Assembly (NCBI GenBank): GCA_050239825.1
Contig: JBFXGO010000015.1
Location: 1-46,484, forward strand
Length of the DNA: 46,484 nt
Source of the DNA: a bacterium
GTDB lineage: Bacteria > Hydrothermota > 32-111
Direction of reading: 5' to 3'
The number at the start of each line of letters is the position of its first letter. The stretch's first letter is position 1. The notes below the pieces were generated by a model. The model did not search any database, had not been told where the DNA came from, and saw only the letters and a list, made by a program, of their open reading frames with translations. This document shows positions 1 to 10,351 of this stretch, piece after piece. Made by a program: the position numbers and the translations under genes.

Positions 1-355
1 ATCTAAAGAAGCATAATTAATTTTATATCATTATCGGGTCTTTTGCAAGTAATTAAGTTCTTTAATTGAAAAAAGGAGAATTATCGATTATCCTATTGAC
101 ACTCTTTCAAAGAAGCACCGTCCCCATTCACACCCATCAAATGCAGAACTTTTATGTCGCCCTTGTAATATAAAAAAAGGGAATAATATATAATTATATA
201 GGGGACGGTGTATCTCATTTATCTAATGAATTGCCAATAGCCCCCACATTATCCGAAGAAAAGAAATGATAAAAGCGGAGAGATTGCTTCTTCGACGATT
301 CAGTACAATAATGTGCTATGATAAAACTCTCATAATTATTTGTGTTTGTTAAGGA

Positions 356-417
356 GACTAAAATGCAGTGAGCTTCGAAAAAGTCGCGACTAAAATGCAG
401 TACATTGCAATTTAGTC
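356..417. promoter_or_regulatory. Operator-like repeats upstream of the AAA ATPase promoter
   Basis: GACTAAAATGCAGT at 356-369 and 388-401. The second copy forms a palindrome with TGCAATTTAGTC (406-417, 11/12 match) and abuts the -35 element. Confidence 0.55.
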
Positions 418-445
418 TTGACTTAAATTCTATTTTGATTACAAT
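418..445 (+). promoter_or_regulatory. Sigma70-like promoter, probably giving a leaderless mRNA
   Basis: TTGACT (418-423), 16 nt, TACAAT (440-445). The ATG at 452 is 6 nt downstream and has no RBS. Confidence 0.55.
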
Positions 446-451
446 GTTCTT

Positions 452-1666
452 ATGGAAATGGAAAGAAAAATATACAGACAAGCTTGGCATAAACTCGTTG
501 GCGATTCCAAGCCGATTTTTGTGACTGGTCCCCGGCAGTGTGGAAAAACCACTCTTGCTTTTCAGATTGCCAAGGAATATGATTCATTCAGCTACCTCAA
601 TTATGATGTAGAGGGTGAAATATTATTGAAAGAGCCGTTTTTCTATGAAAAGAAAAGACGGATAGGTTTTTCAAAACCTCTTGTAATTCTTGATGAAATT
701 CATAAATTCCGCAATTGGAAGGCATACATTAAAAAAGTTTATGACAGAGATCATAATGATTATGATTTTCTTGTCACAGGAAGCGGCAGGCTAGATTATT
801 ATCAGCGAGGCGGGGATTCACTTATTGGAAGATACGAAAAAACATTCATGTTTCCATTGTCTTTATCCGAGTTTTCTTCACAAAATGAAATAGAAGCGTT
901 TTTAAAAAATCCTCTCTCATTAAATATGAAATCGCATAACAAAAAAACATTCTCTTTGATGAATGACCTTATGAATTATTCCCCATTTCCAGAGCCTTTT
1001 TTTAAAGCATCCAAATCGTTTTACAGGAGATGGGTAGATTCGTCTTTTACAAGAGTTATAAAACAAGACATACAGGATAGTGGAGGAATTTCTGACATCA
1101 ACAAATTAATGGCGCTCATCAAAATTCTACCCGAGTATGTCGGCTCAACTGCAAGCTATTCCAATATTGCAGGAGTTCTTTTGGTATCCCCCAATACTGC
1201 TAAGAGTTGGCTTGATGTACTTGAGGCATTTCACATAATGTTCTCGATAATGCCCTACACGAGACTTTCGAGGGCAATCATAAAAGAAAGAAAGTATTAT
1301 TTTTATAACTATGCCGTATTGAAAGATGAAGGAAAATTATTCGAAAACTTCATTGCTTTCGAACTTTTTAGAATGGTGAAATATTGGAATATGCTTGGTG
1401 AAACTGAATTTGAATTAAGATACATCCGAAACAAAGATAATGAGGAGATTGATTTTGTAATACTGAGCGAGGGGAAGCCCTTCTTGATGATTGAGGCAAA
1501 AGTTGGAGATCCGAGTCCCTCAAAAAGTGTCTTTAAATTTCAGAACATTTTGAATGTTCCTGCCGTCATGCTAACAAAAGCGGCAGATGTTGAGGGTTTA
1601 ATAAAGAATGATAAGAACAAAATACTCGTGATATCCGCAGACAGATATATTTCCGGTCTTAGCTGA
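452..1666 (+). CDS. AAA+ ATPase (AAA_14) with DUF4143 and a C-terminal PD-(D/E)XK-like domain
   Basis: Walker A GPRQCGKTT, Walker B VILDEIH, VTGS motif, GKLFENF, C-terminal EIDFVI...IEAK. Confidence 0.9.
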   Translation: MEMERKIYRQAWHKLVGDSKPIFVTGPRQCGKTTLAFQIAKEYDSFSYLNYDVEGEILLKEPFFYEKKRRIGFSKPLVILDEIHKFRNWKAYIKKVYDRDHNDYDFLVTGSGRLDYYQRGGDSLIGRYEKTFMFPLSLSEFSSQNEIEAFLKNPLSLNMKSHNKKTFSLMNDLMNYSPFPEPFFKASKSFYRRWVDSSFTRVIKQDIQDSGGISDINKLMALIKILPEYVGSTASYSNIAGVLLVSPNTAKSWLDVLEAFHIMFSIMPYTRLSRAIIKERKYYFYNYAVLKDEGKLFENFIAFELFRMVKYWNMLGETEFELRYIRNKDNEEIDFVILSEGKPFLMIEAKVGDPSPSKSVFKFQNILNVPAVMLTKAADVEGLIKNDKNKILVISADRYISGLS

Positions 1667-1723
1667 GGGTTATTATTAGAAAGGGGCAATGCATCTCATT
1701 TATCTCACTAAGTAACAGGTGTT

Positions 1724-2929
1724 TTAATTTTTTGGGTTGCCGAATAGGGATGCGTGAATATATACTACACTAATGAAGTATGTGCGCTCCGGCGCGTATA
1801 AATCCTCATCCGCATCAAGCTCTGAGAGTATATTTCTGACTCCAAAGGTTATTCTTTTTGAATTGTCTCCGATAGAGAAAGAAGGGGAGATAATGTGAGA
1901 CAGACCTTTATCGAGAATATATATTTTATATGACGCAAGTACTCTAAGCTCCTTGTTCTCATAAAATGCAAAAAATTTGCCGGAATTGTGCTGAGAAATC
2001 TCTGTCTTTGAAGTTTTCAGTCCGATATCATAGGATATTTTATCTATTTTTCCTGAATAACTCACATTAAGCGAATAATACAAAGAGCTCATGTCATTGT
2101 AAGTATATACATCGTCAATATTGGAATAAATTTTCGCCTTGGCTTTCAATGAAAAATAATTTACTAATAGTGACCCAAAGTATATGGATGTGATTTTTTG
2201 ATTTTCCGCTCTTGTCCGCATAGATGAAAAGAGCTCTTCCTCATCTAAAAGGGGCTTCCTTTCAGCATCTACCAAAAATTCAAAACCGAAGTCAGATTTT
2301 TCTATGGGTTTTATATGAATAAACGGGAATATGTTTCTCGAATAGAAGAGTCCGTACCTGATGTTCTCCTTCTCAATAAAAAATCCGATATGTGAATTTA
2401 GCGGTTTGTCGGTTCTCTGCCAGTTTGAGAGTATTCCCCAGTTGAAACTCTCCTCAGGGAGTGTATAAGAAAAACGGGAAAGATTGTTGATGCGCATTTT
2501 TTGTGGAAAGACAACCGATGAGGCTTTTAGAGAAAACAGTCCCTTGCCTATGAAATTATCATACTTGAAGGAAGGGTTAATGATAGTTCCTGAAGATGAA
2601 TCTGAAGCATGTTTCAGGAGAATGTCAAAAGAGATTGAACTGTCTTTGAACTTGAAAGAGTTCACCCTATAGTCGACATCAAGAAATTTTCTGCTTCCGT
2701 GATTGAAGAGAGCAAATAATTTAATAAAAGATAATCCGTCAAGAGACGAAAAATAGAGGGAGAGATCATTGTAAGTTGATGCAGTTATCTCCGTAAAGGA
2801 ATATTCAGGGTAGTAAATTTCAATCGGCGCCGGAAGCTCCGAAAGCTCCGGAACCATCGGCTCTATGCTTATTTCTGCGGAAACAGAAAAAAAGCATACA
2901 AGAATCAGAACAGCTGCTGTTTTATGCAC
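1724..2929 (-). CDS. Hypothetical secreted protein, possibly an outer-membrane beta-barrel
   Basis: N-terminal signal peptide (MHKTAAVLILVCFFSVSA) and aromatic-rich beta-strand pattern. Overlaps the end of mtnA. Confidence 0.6.
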   Translation of the reverse strand: MHKTAAVLILVCFFSVSAEISIEPMVPELSELPAPIEIYYPEYSFTEITASTYNDLSLYFSSLDGLSFIKLFALFNHGSRKFLDVDYRVNSFKFKDSSISFDILLKHASDSSSGTIINPSFKYDNFIGKGLFSLKASSVVFPQKMRINNLSRFSYTLPEESFNWGILSNWQRTDKPLNSHIGFFIEKENIRYGLFYSRNIFPFIHIKPIEKSDFGFEFLVDAERKPLLDEEELFSSMRTRAENQKITSIYFGSLLVNYFSLKAKAKIYSNIDDVYTYNDMSSLYYSLNVSYSGKIDKISYDIGLKTSKTEISQHNSGKFFAFYENKELRVLASYKIYILDKGLSHIISPSFSIGDNSKRITFGVRNILSELDADEDLYAPERTYFISVVYIHASLFGNPKN

Positions 2930-3936
2930 TCAACCTCTGCTTTGACTATTCCCTTCTCGGTTATTATAGATGTTATATACTCCGCGGGTGTCACATCAAA
3001 TGCCGGATTGTAAACATTTTTCGCTATTGAAACTCTGCATTCCCCCACCTGCGTCACCTCTTCATTCTTTCTGAGTTCAATTTCTATATCTCTTCCGGAA
3101 TTGATGTTTTTGTCGAAAGTTGTGGTGGGGGCAACAATATGAAATGGAATCTTATGATGAAATGCCAGAAAGGCGCTTTCAAAAGTGCCTATCTTATTTG
3201 CAGTGTCACCGTTGAGTGCGATTCTGTCAGCGCCGACAAAGACAATGTCGATTTTCCTGTTTGAAAATAAATGCCCGCGCATATTATCAGTTATCAGTGT
3301 ATATGGAATATTCATTTTCTCGAGTTCATATACAGTGAGTCTGCCTCCCTGAAGAAGAGGCCTCGTCTCAGGCACATACACCTGGAATTTGACATTGTTT
3401 TCAAATGCCTTGAACATAACTCCGAGAGCTGTTCCAATCCCTGGTGTAGCAAGCATTCCTGTGTTGCATTGCGTTAGTACATTCATTCCGTCTTTTATCA
3501 GACCGCATCCGTTTTCAGCCATCTTATCGCATGTCATCACTTCATAGTCATAGAGAGCAAGGGCTTCATTCTCGATTAGCGACTTCAGATCCTGAGCGCT
3601 TTCTGTCTTCAAAGAATCCATGCTGCCTCTTAAATGCTCCAGAGCATTGAAGATGTTGACTGCCGTGGGCCTCGAGGTCTTCAATTTATCAATTGCTTCA
3701 TTCGCTTTGCGGAAGATGATATTATAATCTTTTTCTTCATAAATGTGTGATGCGACAGCAAAAAGTGCCGCAACTCCGATTGCCGGAGCGCCGCGCACCT
3801 TCAGCTCCTTTATCGCAAGGAAATAATCATCAAGTTTTTTCAGTTTAAGAAATGTCTCTTTATGCGGAAGCTCCTTTTGATTGATTGTTGTAAAAATGCC
3901 ATTCTCCCATTTAAAGTACGGATTCTTGAACATCAT
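2905..3936 (-). CDS. mtnA: S-methyl-5-thioribose-1-phosphate isomerase
   Basis: VRGAPAIG, SRPTAVN, TQCNTG, ETRPLLQGGRLT, GADRIALNGDTANKIGT, NPAFDVTP. Confidence 0.95.
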   Translation of the reverse strand: MMFKNPYFKWENGIFTTINQKELPHKETFLKLKKLDDYFLAIKELKVRGAPAIGVAALFAVASHIYEEKDYNIIFRKANEAIDKLKTSRPTAVNIFNALEHLRGSMDSLKTESAQDLKSLIENEALALYDYEVMTCDKMAENGCGLIKDGMNVLTQCNTGMLATPGIGTALGVMFKAFENNVKFQVYVPETRPLLQGGRLTVYELEKMNIPYTLITDNMRGHLFSNRKIDIVFVGADRIALNGDTANKIGTFESAFLAFHHKIPFHIVAPTTTFDKNINSGRDIEIELRKNEEVTQVGECRVSIAKNVYNPAFDVTPAEYITSIITEKGIVKAEVECIKQQLF

Positions 3937-3946
3937 GCTCCCCTTT

Positions 3947-5134
3947 TTATCTGGTCAGCTTTTTATATAGATTTAAAAGATTTTTTTCCTGAATCTCCCA
4001 AGAAAGATGCTCTTTTATTCTCTTCAAACCCTTTAATGCCATTGCCTCTCTCTTGTGAGGGTCGTCAAGAAGCGAGGATATCGCTTTGGCGAACTCCTCC
4101 GTATTATTGTCATCTATGTAGACAGCCGAATCTTCCGCCGAGTATCTTGCTTCTTTCAGGTTGAATGAGACAATCGGGTTTCCCGTTGCCATGAATTCCA
4201 TCACTTTGTTCATTGTTGAATGGTCGTTTAGTGGATTGTATGGGTCGGGAGAGGCGGCGACATCGGCAGTCGAAAGGTAATCCATAGCCGGTTCGTCGGG
4301 TATTCGCCCCGTAAAGCGGATAAATTTTTCCAATTTCAAATCAGAAGAGAGTTTTTTAATGTATTCAAAATCGTCTCCCTTTCCTATGAGAACGAAAAGA
4401 GTATCTCTTCTATTCATTGAATTCACAAAATAATCAATTGCCCTTATCAGATAGTCTACTCCATCCTGCACCCCCATTATTCCTATGTAGCAGACCATGT
4501 ATTTGAAATTCTCTTTGAGCTTATCGTTTACCCTTGTAAAGTGAAACTTTCTCAGGTCGGGCCCATTTCTCACAATATAGACATTCTTTTTGTTCCCTCT
4601 TTGCATTGCAATCTTTCTGTAAGATTCGTTTGTCGCAATAACAGCATTTGCAGATTTGTATGTGAGAAATTCAAAGACAAGCTGAATCCTATAAAATGCG
4701 TCCTTTCTCTCATCCCTGAAACGGGAGAGGTAGGATTCCGGAGTCAGGTCGTGTTGGTCAAATATTACCTTTTTTCCAAAAACTCTGTATAGAGAAAGTA
4801 TAGGGAAAAATATATCTGGGGGATTTGCCACATGAACAATATCAAAATTTTTATTCAAAAGTATTTTCAGAGAAAGAAAAAAAGTAAAGAAGATTGAAAG
4901 AAAATATTCTGCGAGATAATCTGTTTTTGACTGCGAATCAAGAGCGAGGGGATATCTGTAAACATCAATTCCTTCTACTACTTCAAAAACAGGCCTGTCT
5001 CTCTCTCTTCCCTTAGGGCAAATCACCGACACATTACAGCCAGCCTGTTTCAAAGACAAAGCCTCTCTATAAACCCTTCTATCGAAAGGGAAGGAGAGGT
5101 TCTCTATTATAAATAGAATGTCGCTTTTTATCAA
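3947..5134 (-). CDS. Glycosyltransferase family 4 protein
   Basis: FDRRVYREA, HVANPPD, FDQHDLTPE, STMNKVMEFMA (GT-B motifs). Start placed at TTG 5134, which overlaps the upstream stop (TTGA). Confidence 0.88.
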   Translation of the reverse strand: MIKSDILFIIENLSFPFDRRVYREALSLKQAGCNVSVICPKGRERDRPVFEVVEGIDVYRYPLALDSQSKTDYLAEYFLSIFFTFFLSLKILLNKNFDIVHVANPPDIFFPILSLYRVFGKKVIFDQHDLTPESYLSRFRDERKDAFYRIQLVFEFLTYKSANAVIATNESYRKIAMQRGNKKNVYIVRNGPDLRKFHFTRVNDKLKENFKYMVCYIGIMGVQDGVDYLIRAIDYFVNSMNRRDTLFVLIGKGDDFEYIKKLSSDLKLEKFIRFTGRIPDEPAMDYLSTADVAASPDPYNPLNDHSTMNKVMEFMATGNPIVSFNLKEARYSAEDSAVYIDDNNTEEFAKAISSLLDDPHKREAMALKGLKRIKEHLSWEIQEKNLLNLYKKLTR

Positions 5135-6264
5135 ATCGCCTCTAAAAGGCGGCCAAGCGCCCTCAGCATTGTGCCCTGTCCCCAATGCATCATATCAGTT
5201 TTGTTTTCACCTTTTTTGTACTTTCTGAAATAAAAGAAACCATCTTTATCCTGCATATTTTCAATAGTCCATAAAGCCACAGAGTGCGCCTTATCTATTT
5301 CTTTGAAATTGACAAGAGTCTCAATTGACTGTGATGCGCATTGAATGTCGATAGGGTATGTTTTGTCGAAATAGTATTTAGGGATATCTCCGTCAAAAAA
5401 ATTCTCTCTGTAATAAGAAAAACCTCTCTTTATGTTTTCATCAAATTCATTGTCTTTGCTTGCATCTCTGTACCTTTGAAAAGCATCAAGCACATATCCA
5501 GTGTGAAAATTGTCTATCCAATGCATATCCTTTCTCTGTCCGTACCACCATGCCCCTGACTTGTGCTGGTGTTTTGCAGTATACGCCATTGAAAGTTTGT
5601 CTAATTGCTGAGTGTTGACTCCGCAGATTTGTTTTGCCTGTGCAAGAAATGATGCTCCTATTACATTGGCATTGTGCACATTCTTCTTCTGGTATGGTAT
5701 GTAGCTTATGCAGAATGTGTTTTCACTGTCATATAAAGGGAGATCCTCTATTATGAACTTCGCGGTGTTTTTTATTGCATCAAGGTATAAATCTTTCTTT
5801 GTTTCATTATAATATTCGACGAGAATTGATCCTATTAGCCCTGTCCATACGACTGTCGGCATGCCTTTTGGCAGGTAGAAAACTCTTGAAGTATAGTCAA
5901 AATGGTTTCCCCAAGAATAATTTTTGAAGAATGAAGATTTGTTTTCCAACACCCACTTTACAAGCTCCTCACCCTCTTTGAGCAGGGAATTATCCTTCGT
6001 TTTTCTGTATTCAGCTAAAAGCCCGGATGCACAGAATGCAACGCCCTTAGTAGAACGGCTCTTTTTTATTCCGATAAGAGGCCTGATGTTAAAGGGCAGC
6101 CGCCGCACTGTCTGTTGAAGGCCTATTTGCAGGTATTTGTTTTTGAATGTGAAAAAATTGAGATATGAGTTTAATCCGTCAAATGGGTCAAATCCGGTGT
6201 AATCATTTTTTTGCAGGTGGGTATGCAGTTTTTCGTACGATTCTTTTATAAAATCAGAGTTCAA
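5131..6264 (-). CDS. Conserved polysaccharide-cluster protein (alpha/alpha-toroid-like, function unknown)
   Basis: YTGFDPFDGLNS, WIDNFHTGY and MHWGQ motifs. Lies between the oxidoreductase and GT genes with overlapping stop/start codons. Confidence 0.7.
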   Translation of the reverse strand: MNSDFIKESYEKLHTHLQKNDYTGFDPFDGLNSYLNFFTFKNKYLQIGLQQTVRRLPFNIRPLIGIKKSRSTKGVAFCASGLLAEYRKTKDNSLLKEGEELVKWVLENKSSFFKNYSWGNHFDYTSRVFYLPKGMPTVVWTGLIGSILVEYYNETKKDLYLDAIKNTAKFIIEDLPLYDSENTFCISYIPYQKKNVHNANVIGASFLAQAKQICGVNTQQLDKLSMAYTAKHQHKSGAWWYGQRKDMHWIDNFHTGYVLDAFQRYRDASKDNEFDENIKRGFSYYRENFFDGDIPKYYFDKTYPIDIQCASQSIETLVNFKEIDKAHSVALWTIENMQDKDGFFYFRKYKKGENKTDMMHWGQGTMLRALGRLLEAI

Positions 6265-8395
6265 TCTTCACTCCTCTGTCGGCTGATTCGATGGCTTTGA
6301 AAGTAAGCATAGAGACAAGCGAAAGATAATCCATCGAAAACGGATTCTTCTCATTTCCCTTGATTATTTCAAGAAGAGAGTGCATCTCCTGTTTGTGACC
6401 CTTGCCGGAATCCGCAAGATTTGCTTTGTAAGAGGAATTATTTTTAAAGAATGTCAGTGATTTGAAGTTATTGAGTACAGCCGACTGCATTGAAGACGAG
6501 ATTTCCAAAAATTCTTTGGGAAGAGTTTTATCGCCGAATGTAAAATAGAGAATGTCGGCGACAGACCCGTCCTCAAATTCGATGATTATATTCATATTAT
6601 CCTTGGTCTTCATATCAGCTCTCGAATTTCCCGTGAAGATTCCCGTGACGAATACAGGTCTTTTATCTATGATGTAAAGAGCTGTGTCAATAAAATGCCC
6701 TGCCTCCCCCACAACCCTGTTTCCCTCTTCAATGTCATTGTACCAGTTTGTCTTATCCATATATCCTGCATTTATCCTGTAGTACAGATGCTTGGGAGAA
6801 TTGATGCCGGAAAATGCCTGTTTTACTTTTTTTACAGCAGGCGAGAATCTTCTGTTGTATCCTATGAACAGATCGCCTGTTGATGACCTTCTTGCTTCGA
6901 CTATCTCTTTGAGTTCGGTTTCATCAAGAGCCAAAGGCTTCTCACAGTATACAAATTTATCTGCCTTAAGCCCCTTTATGATATTAGAAGCATGCGAAGA
7001 ATGACGCGTTAATACCATCAGAAGGTTGACATCTTTATCGGAGATGACCTCCTCGGGCGTTGTGGCGATTCTGGAAAAATTAAATTTTCTTCTGCTGTTC
7101 TCGGCTGAAAGCCCTGTAGCAGTGGAGAGAGAAACAAACTCAACTCCCGATTTGTTTTTTAATTCCGGAAAGAGCATTGTTTTCGCAAAATTTCCGCTTC
7201 CTATGACGCCTATTTTCACGGTTGAATTTGCAGTGGGTTTCTTGAAATCGAAAGTGCGCTTCAATTCTGCCGAAGGGTTGTATGAAAACACCACTGACAT
7301 GTACTTTGATTTTGATTCTCCTATGGAGTTATAAAAATCGGCAGATTTTGAAAAATCCATTGTCTCGGAAATTATATAATCTACATCAATCTTTCCGTCT
7401 TCAAGCATATCAATGAATGTTTTCATGTTTCTCTGCTCTGTGAACCTCACATAAGAAATAGGATAATCTATGGAGTGCTCTTCATAGAGAGGGTCATATC
7501 TTCCCGGTCCGTAGGAGCGCGACATAAAAATGTTCAGCTCCTTGTCATAGTACGGCTGCCACGGAATATCCATCGTAGTGATTCCGATGTCGACCAGACG
7601 CCCCTTGTCGCGGAGCATCTTCGGGGCTGATTCTATAGGTGAATTCGATTTTGTGCCTGACGCGAGAAATAGCGCATCAAGTCCGAATCCACCCGTCAGA
7701 GACATTGCGGTTTCTACCTGATCATCTCTTCCGGGAACCGCGCCGGCATTTGCTCCATGCTTCAATGAGATGTTTACCCTCTCTTCGTCAATGTCAATTG
7801 CAAGAACCCTTATTCCGCTCGCTCTTGCCACCTGAAGCATCAACTGTCCTATCAGTCCCATCCCAACAATTCCGATTGTTTCTCCAAACTGAAGATTTGC
7901 CTGACGGAGACCCTGAATCGCTATTGCGGCAACAGTGGCCATTGAAGCATTCTTCATATCAACCTTATCGGATAGTTTGACGCAGAGGTTTTCGGGGACA
8001 TAGTTGAACTCTGCATGGGTGGCGTAATTTCCGCCTCCTGCCGCAACCCTGTCTCCAATTTTAAGGTGCGACACATTTGAACCTGTTTCAACAACTACGC
8101 CTGACATTGCATATCCGAGAGGTGTCATAGAGTCAAGCTTATTCATCACCTTTCTGTATGCGGCCTGAAGACCAAGCTGTTTTACCGTATCCATAACCTG
8201 TTTAACCTGCTCGGGTTTTGCTTTTGCCTTTTCAAGAAGATTCATCTTGCCGTTCTCCACCTTCATTGACTCTGTGCCCATTGAAACGAGGGAGTAGGAT
8301 GTTTTTATTACCACCCCATCCTTTCTGCATGAAGGTGCAGGAACCTCTGCAACTTCAATTCTGCCTGATTTCATATTCTGTGAAATTGATAACAT
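6254..8395 (-). CDS. Bi-domain oxidoreductase (zinc-type alcohol dehydrogenase-like + Gfo/Idh/MocA), nucleotide-sugar related
   Basis: SLVSMGTE, GMGLIG, SRSYGPGRYD, GVIGSGNFA, VYCEKP, GYNRRFSP. ATG 8395 follows AAGGAG. Confidence 0.9.
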   Translation of the reverse strand: MLSISQNMKSGRIEVAEVPAPSCRKDGVVIKTSYSLVSMGTESMKVENGKMNLLEKAKAKPEQVKQVMDTVKQLGLQAAYRKVMNKLDSMTPLGYAMSGVVVETGSNVSHLKIGDRVAAGGGNYATHAEFNYVPENLCVKLSDKVDMKNASMATVAAIAIQGLRQANLQFGETIGIVGMGLIGQLMLQVARASGIRVLAIDIDEERVNISLKHGANAGAVPGRDDQVETAMSLTGGFGLDALFLASGTKSNSPIESAPKMLRDKGRLVDIGITTMDIPWQPYYDKELNIFMSRSYGPGRYDPLYEEHSIDYPISYVRFTEQRNMKTFIDMLEDGKIDVDYIISETMDFSKSADFYNSIGESKSKYMSVVFSYNPSAELKRTFDFKKPTANSTVKIGVIGSGNFAKTMLFPELKNKSGVEFVSLSTATGLSAENSRRKFNFSRIATTPEEVISDKDVNLLMVLTRHSSHASNIIKGLKADKFVYCEKPLALDETELKEIVEARRSSTGDLFIGYNRRFSPAVKKVKQAFSGINSPKHLYYRINAGYMDKTNWYNDIEEGNRVVGEAGHFIDTALYIIDKRPVFVTGIFTGNSRADMKTKDNMNIIIEFEDGSVADILYFTFGDKTLPKEFLEISSSMQSAVLNNFKSLTFFKNNSSYKANLADSGKGHKQEMHSLLEIIKGNEKNPFSMDYLSLVSMLTFKAIESADRGVKIEL

Positions 8396-8531
8396 ATAAC
8401 TCCTTATTTTAATAAACACTTTATTTTATCATTATTGAAATAAATATCAAGGGAGATTTAATAATTTATCTCTATTGACACTGCCGAAGACAAAATATAT
8501 CATTAAAGAAAAAGGAGGCGTTATAAAAAGA

Positions 8532-9641
8532 ATGTTAGTATTGGTATTTTTACTTCTCCTGTTTGTTTCATGCAATCTCGGTCCTTCCGCGGAATACGGA
8601 CCTGACGATACTGTTACAATCAGCGGAACATGCATTGATGCTGATTCAACAAACTATGACGATATGAAGGTGGGACTCTGGATAGCATCGCCCGAATCAT
8701 GGGTTACTGATTTCTTCGGACTAACACCGTCAACTTACACTGTGACTGACACGGACGGATACTATGAGTTTTTGAGAAAAGGGCGCGACTACACGGCAGA
8801 TAACGGAGCCACTTACAAAGTGGCTGTGATGAATTATAATACGAATCTTCCTTATGAACCTCACTCGAGGATAGATTTTTATCCTCTTCATCTGGAGAAT
8901 GATGTGCCGGATTTGAAGCTTTGGAATGCCGACTGCAGTTTCACTCTCACCAACGATATGGTTGATTTTTCATTTGAGGGAATAGATAAGATAGGAGAGA
9001 CAGAGGTTGACTCATACAGGTTTGAAGTGAAAGCAAAGATGGATGGAATAGGATACAATCTCTGGCAGGAAAAAATAGATGAGAATGATGTGATTTTTCT
9101 GCCGAGATATCTTTTTGGAGGCAATCAGTATCTTGGATGGCGCGTTGTTGCAGAGAAAAATGCCCCCTCAGACGCAGATTTCGGATATATTTATATGTCT
9201 GAGACAGACACATCCGCAATATCACTGACAGATTATACGATAGTATCACTGGGCAAAAACTGCTTCAGAGAGGCGGTTCCGGAGACTATCAAGACACTTA
9301 CCGACGGCGGTTTCGGACCATATCCGTCGTATGCTCTTTCAATAGCTTCAACAGACATTTCATGGCTGGTTCTTGATTTGGGACAGGTGTATGACTCAAT
9401 CTATGCTGTTGCAGTCTATGGAATAGGCCACTCTGGCGATACCGGTAAATACTATTTGATTTTTGACGACGATACGACAGACGGTTGGGGAGAGAAGGTA
9501 GATTCAGTCTCAATGAACGAGAATTACTTCTATTTTGAAAACATAAATAAAAGCGCAAGGTATGTGAGGATTGAGCTTAGTTCAATGTCGGGAATGGGTA
9601 TAGGATACTGCAGGGAAATAAGCGTCTTTAAGAAAAATTAA
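8532..9641 (+). CDS. Putative lipoprotein with a C-terminal discoidin/F5-8-like domain
   Basis: Lipobox-like LLLLFVSC; C-terminal WLVLDLG...ARYVRIE...EISVF; AGGAGG at 8513-8518. Exact start uncertain. Confidence 0.65.
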   Translation: MLVLVFLLLLFVSCNLGPSAEYGPDDTVTISGTCIDADSTNYDDMKVGLWIASPESWVTDFFGLTPSTYTVTDTDGYYEFLRKGRDYTADNGATYKVAVMNYNTNLPYEPHSRIDFYPLHLENDVPDLKLWNADCSFTLTNDMVDFSFEGIDKIGETEVDSYRFEVKAKMDGIGYNLWQEKIDENDVIFLPRYLFGGNQYLGWRVVAEKNAPSDADFGYIYMSETDTSAISLTDYTIVSLGKNCFREAVPETIKTLTDGGFGPYPSYALSIASTDISWLVLDLGQVYDSIYAVAVYGIGHSGDTGKYYLIFDDDTTDGWGEKVDSVSMNENYFYFENINKSARYVRIELSSMSGMGIGYCREISVFKKN

Positions 9642-9658
9642 TTTTCAAAGGAGGCAGA

Positions 9659-10249
9659 ATGAACAGTATTAAGTTTAATGTTGCTTATCCGCAGGATCTC
9701 TCCCGCGGAAAATTGTTGCTCAAAACATTTTTGGGATGGCTCTACATCGGAATTCCGCAGGGAATTGTCTTGAGCGTTCTCGGATTCATTGCAGGAATCA
9801 TGTCGTTTTTTGCATGGTGGGCAATACTCTTCACAGGTAAATATCCGAAAGGCATGTTTGATTTTGTTTTAAATGTTATGAAATGGGGCTACAGAGTGAC
9901 TGCATATATGGGGCTAATGACTGATGTTATTCCTCCGTATGCATTTGATAGCCCGGAAAGCCCTGTCAAACTCGAAGTAGTGTATCCGGAATCTCTCTCC
10001 AGAGGAAAACTTCTTCTCAAGACATTCTTCGGATGGCTATATGTGGGAATACCGCATGGAATAATACTCGGAGTACTCGGAACTCTCGCAGAATTGATAA
10101 TTTTCATCTGCTGGTGGATAATTCTATTTACGGGAAAATTCCCTGAGGGAATGTTCAAACTCGTTGTCGGATGTTTCAGATGGGCGACAAGAGTCGCTGT
10201 TTACTGCGGACTTATGACTGATGAGTATCCTCCATTCAGTTTGGATTAA
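9659..10249 (+). CDS. DUF4389 membrane protein with two tandem domains
   Basis: The segment YP..LSRGKLLLKTF.GWLY.GIP...W.ILFTGK.P.GMF...RV..Y.GLMTD..PP occurs twice. Confidence 0.85.
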   Translation: MNSIKFNVAYPQDLSRGKLLLKTFLGWLYIGIPQGIVLSVLGFIAGIMSFFAWWAILFTGKYPKGMFDFVLNVMKWGYRVTAYMGLMTDVIPPYAFDSPESPVKLEVVYPESLSRGKLLLKTFFGWLYVGIPHGIILGVLGTLAELIIFICWWIILFTGKFPEGMFKLVVGCFRWATRVAVYCGLMTDEYPPFSLD

Positions 10250-10280
10250 AATAGAATAATGTAAAAGACAATACAGTTAA

Positions 10281-10308
10281 AAAGAGACGCCCTTAAAGGC
10301 GTCTCTTT
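10281..10308. terminator. Bidirectional intrinsic terminator
   Basis: AAAGAGACGCC-cttaaa-GGCGTCTCTTT hairpin between convergent genes. Confidence 0.85.
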
Positions 10309-10351
10309 ATTCTTTATGAAATATTCCGAATAAATTATAATTCTCTCAAAA

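Noticed and set aside
5131..6264. Delta-aminolevulinic acid dehydratase, a label I recall for this family
   Set aside because: No HemB motifs are visible and the context is polysaccharide synthesis.
9659..10249. Internal duplication as a novelty
   Set aside because: Tandem DUF4389 domains are normal for this family.
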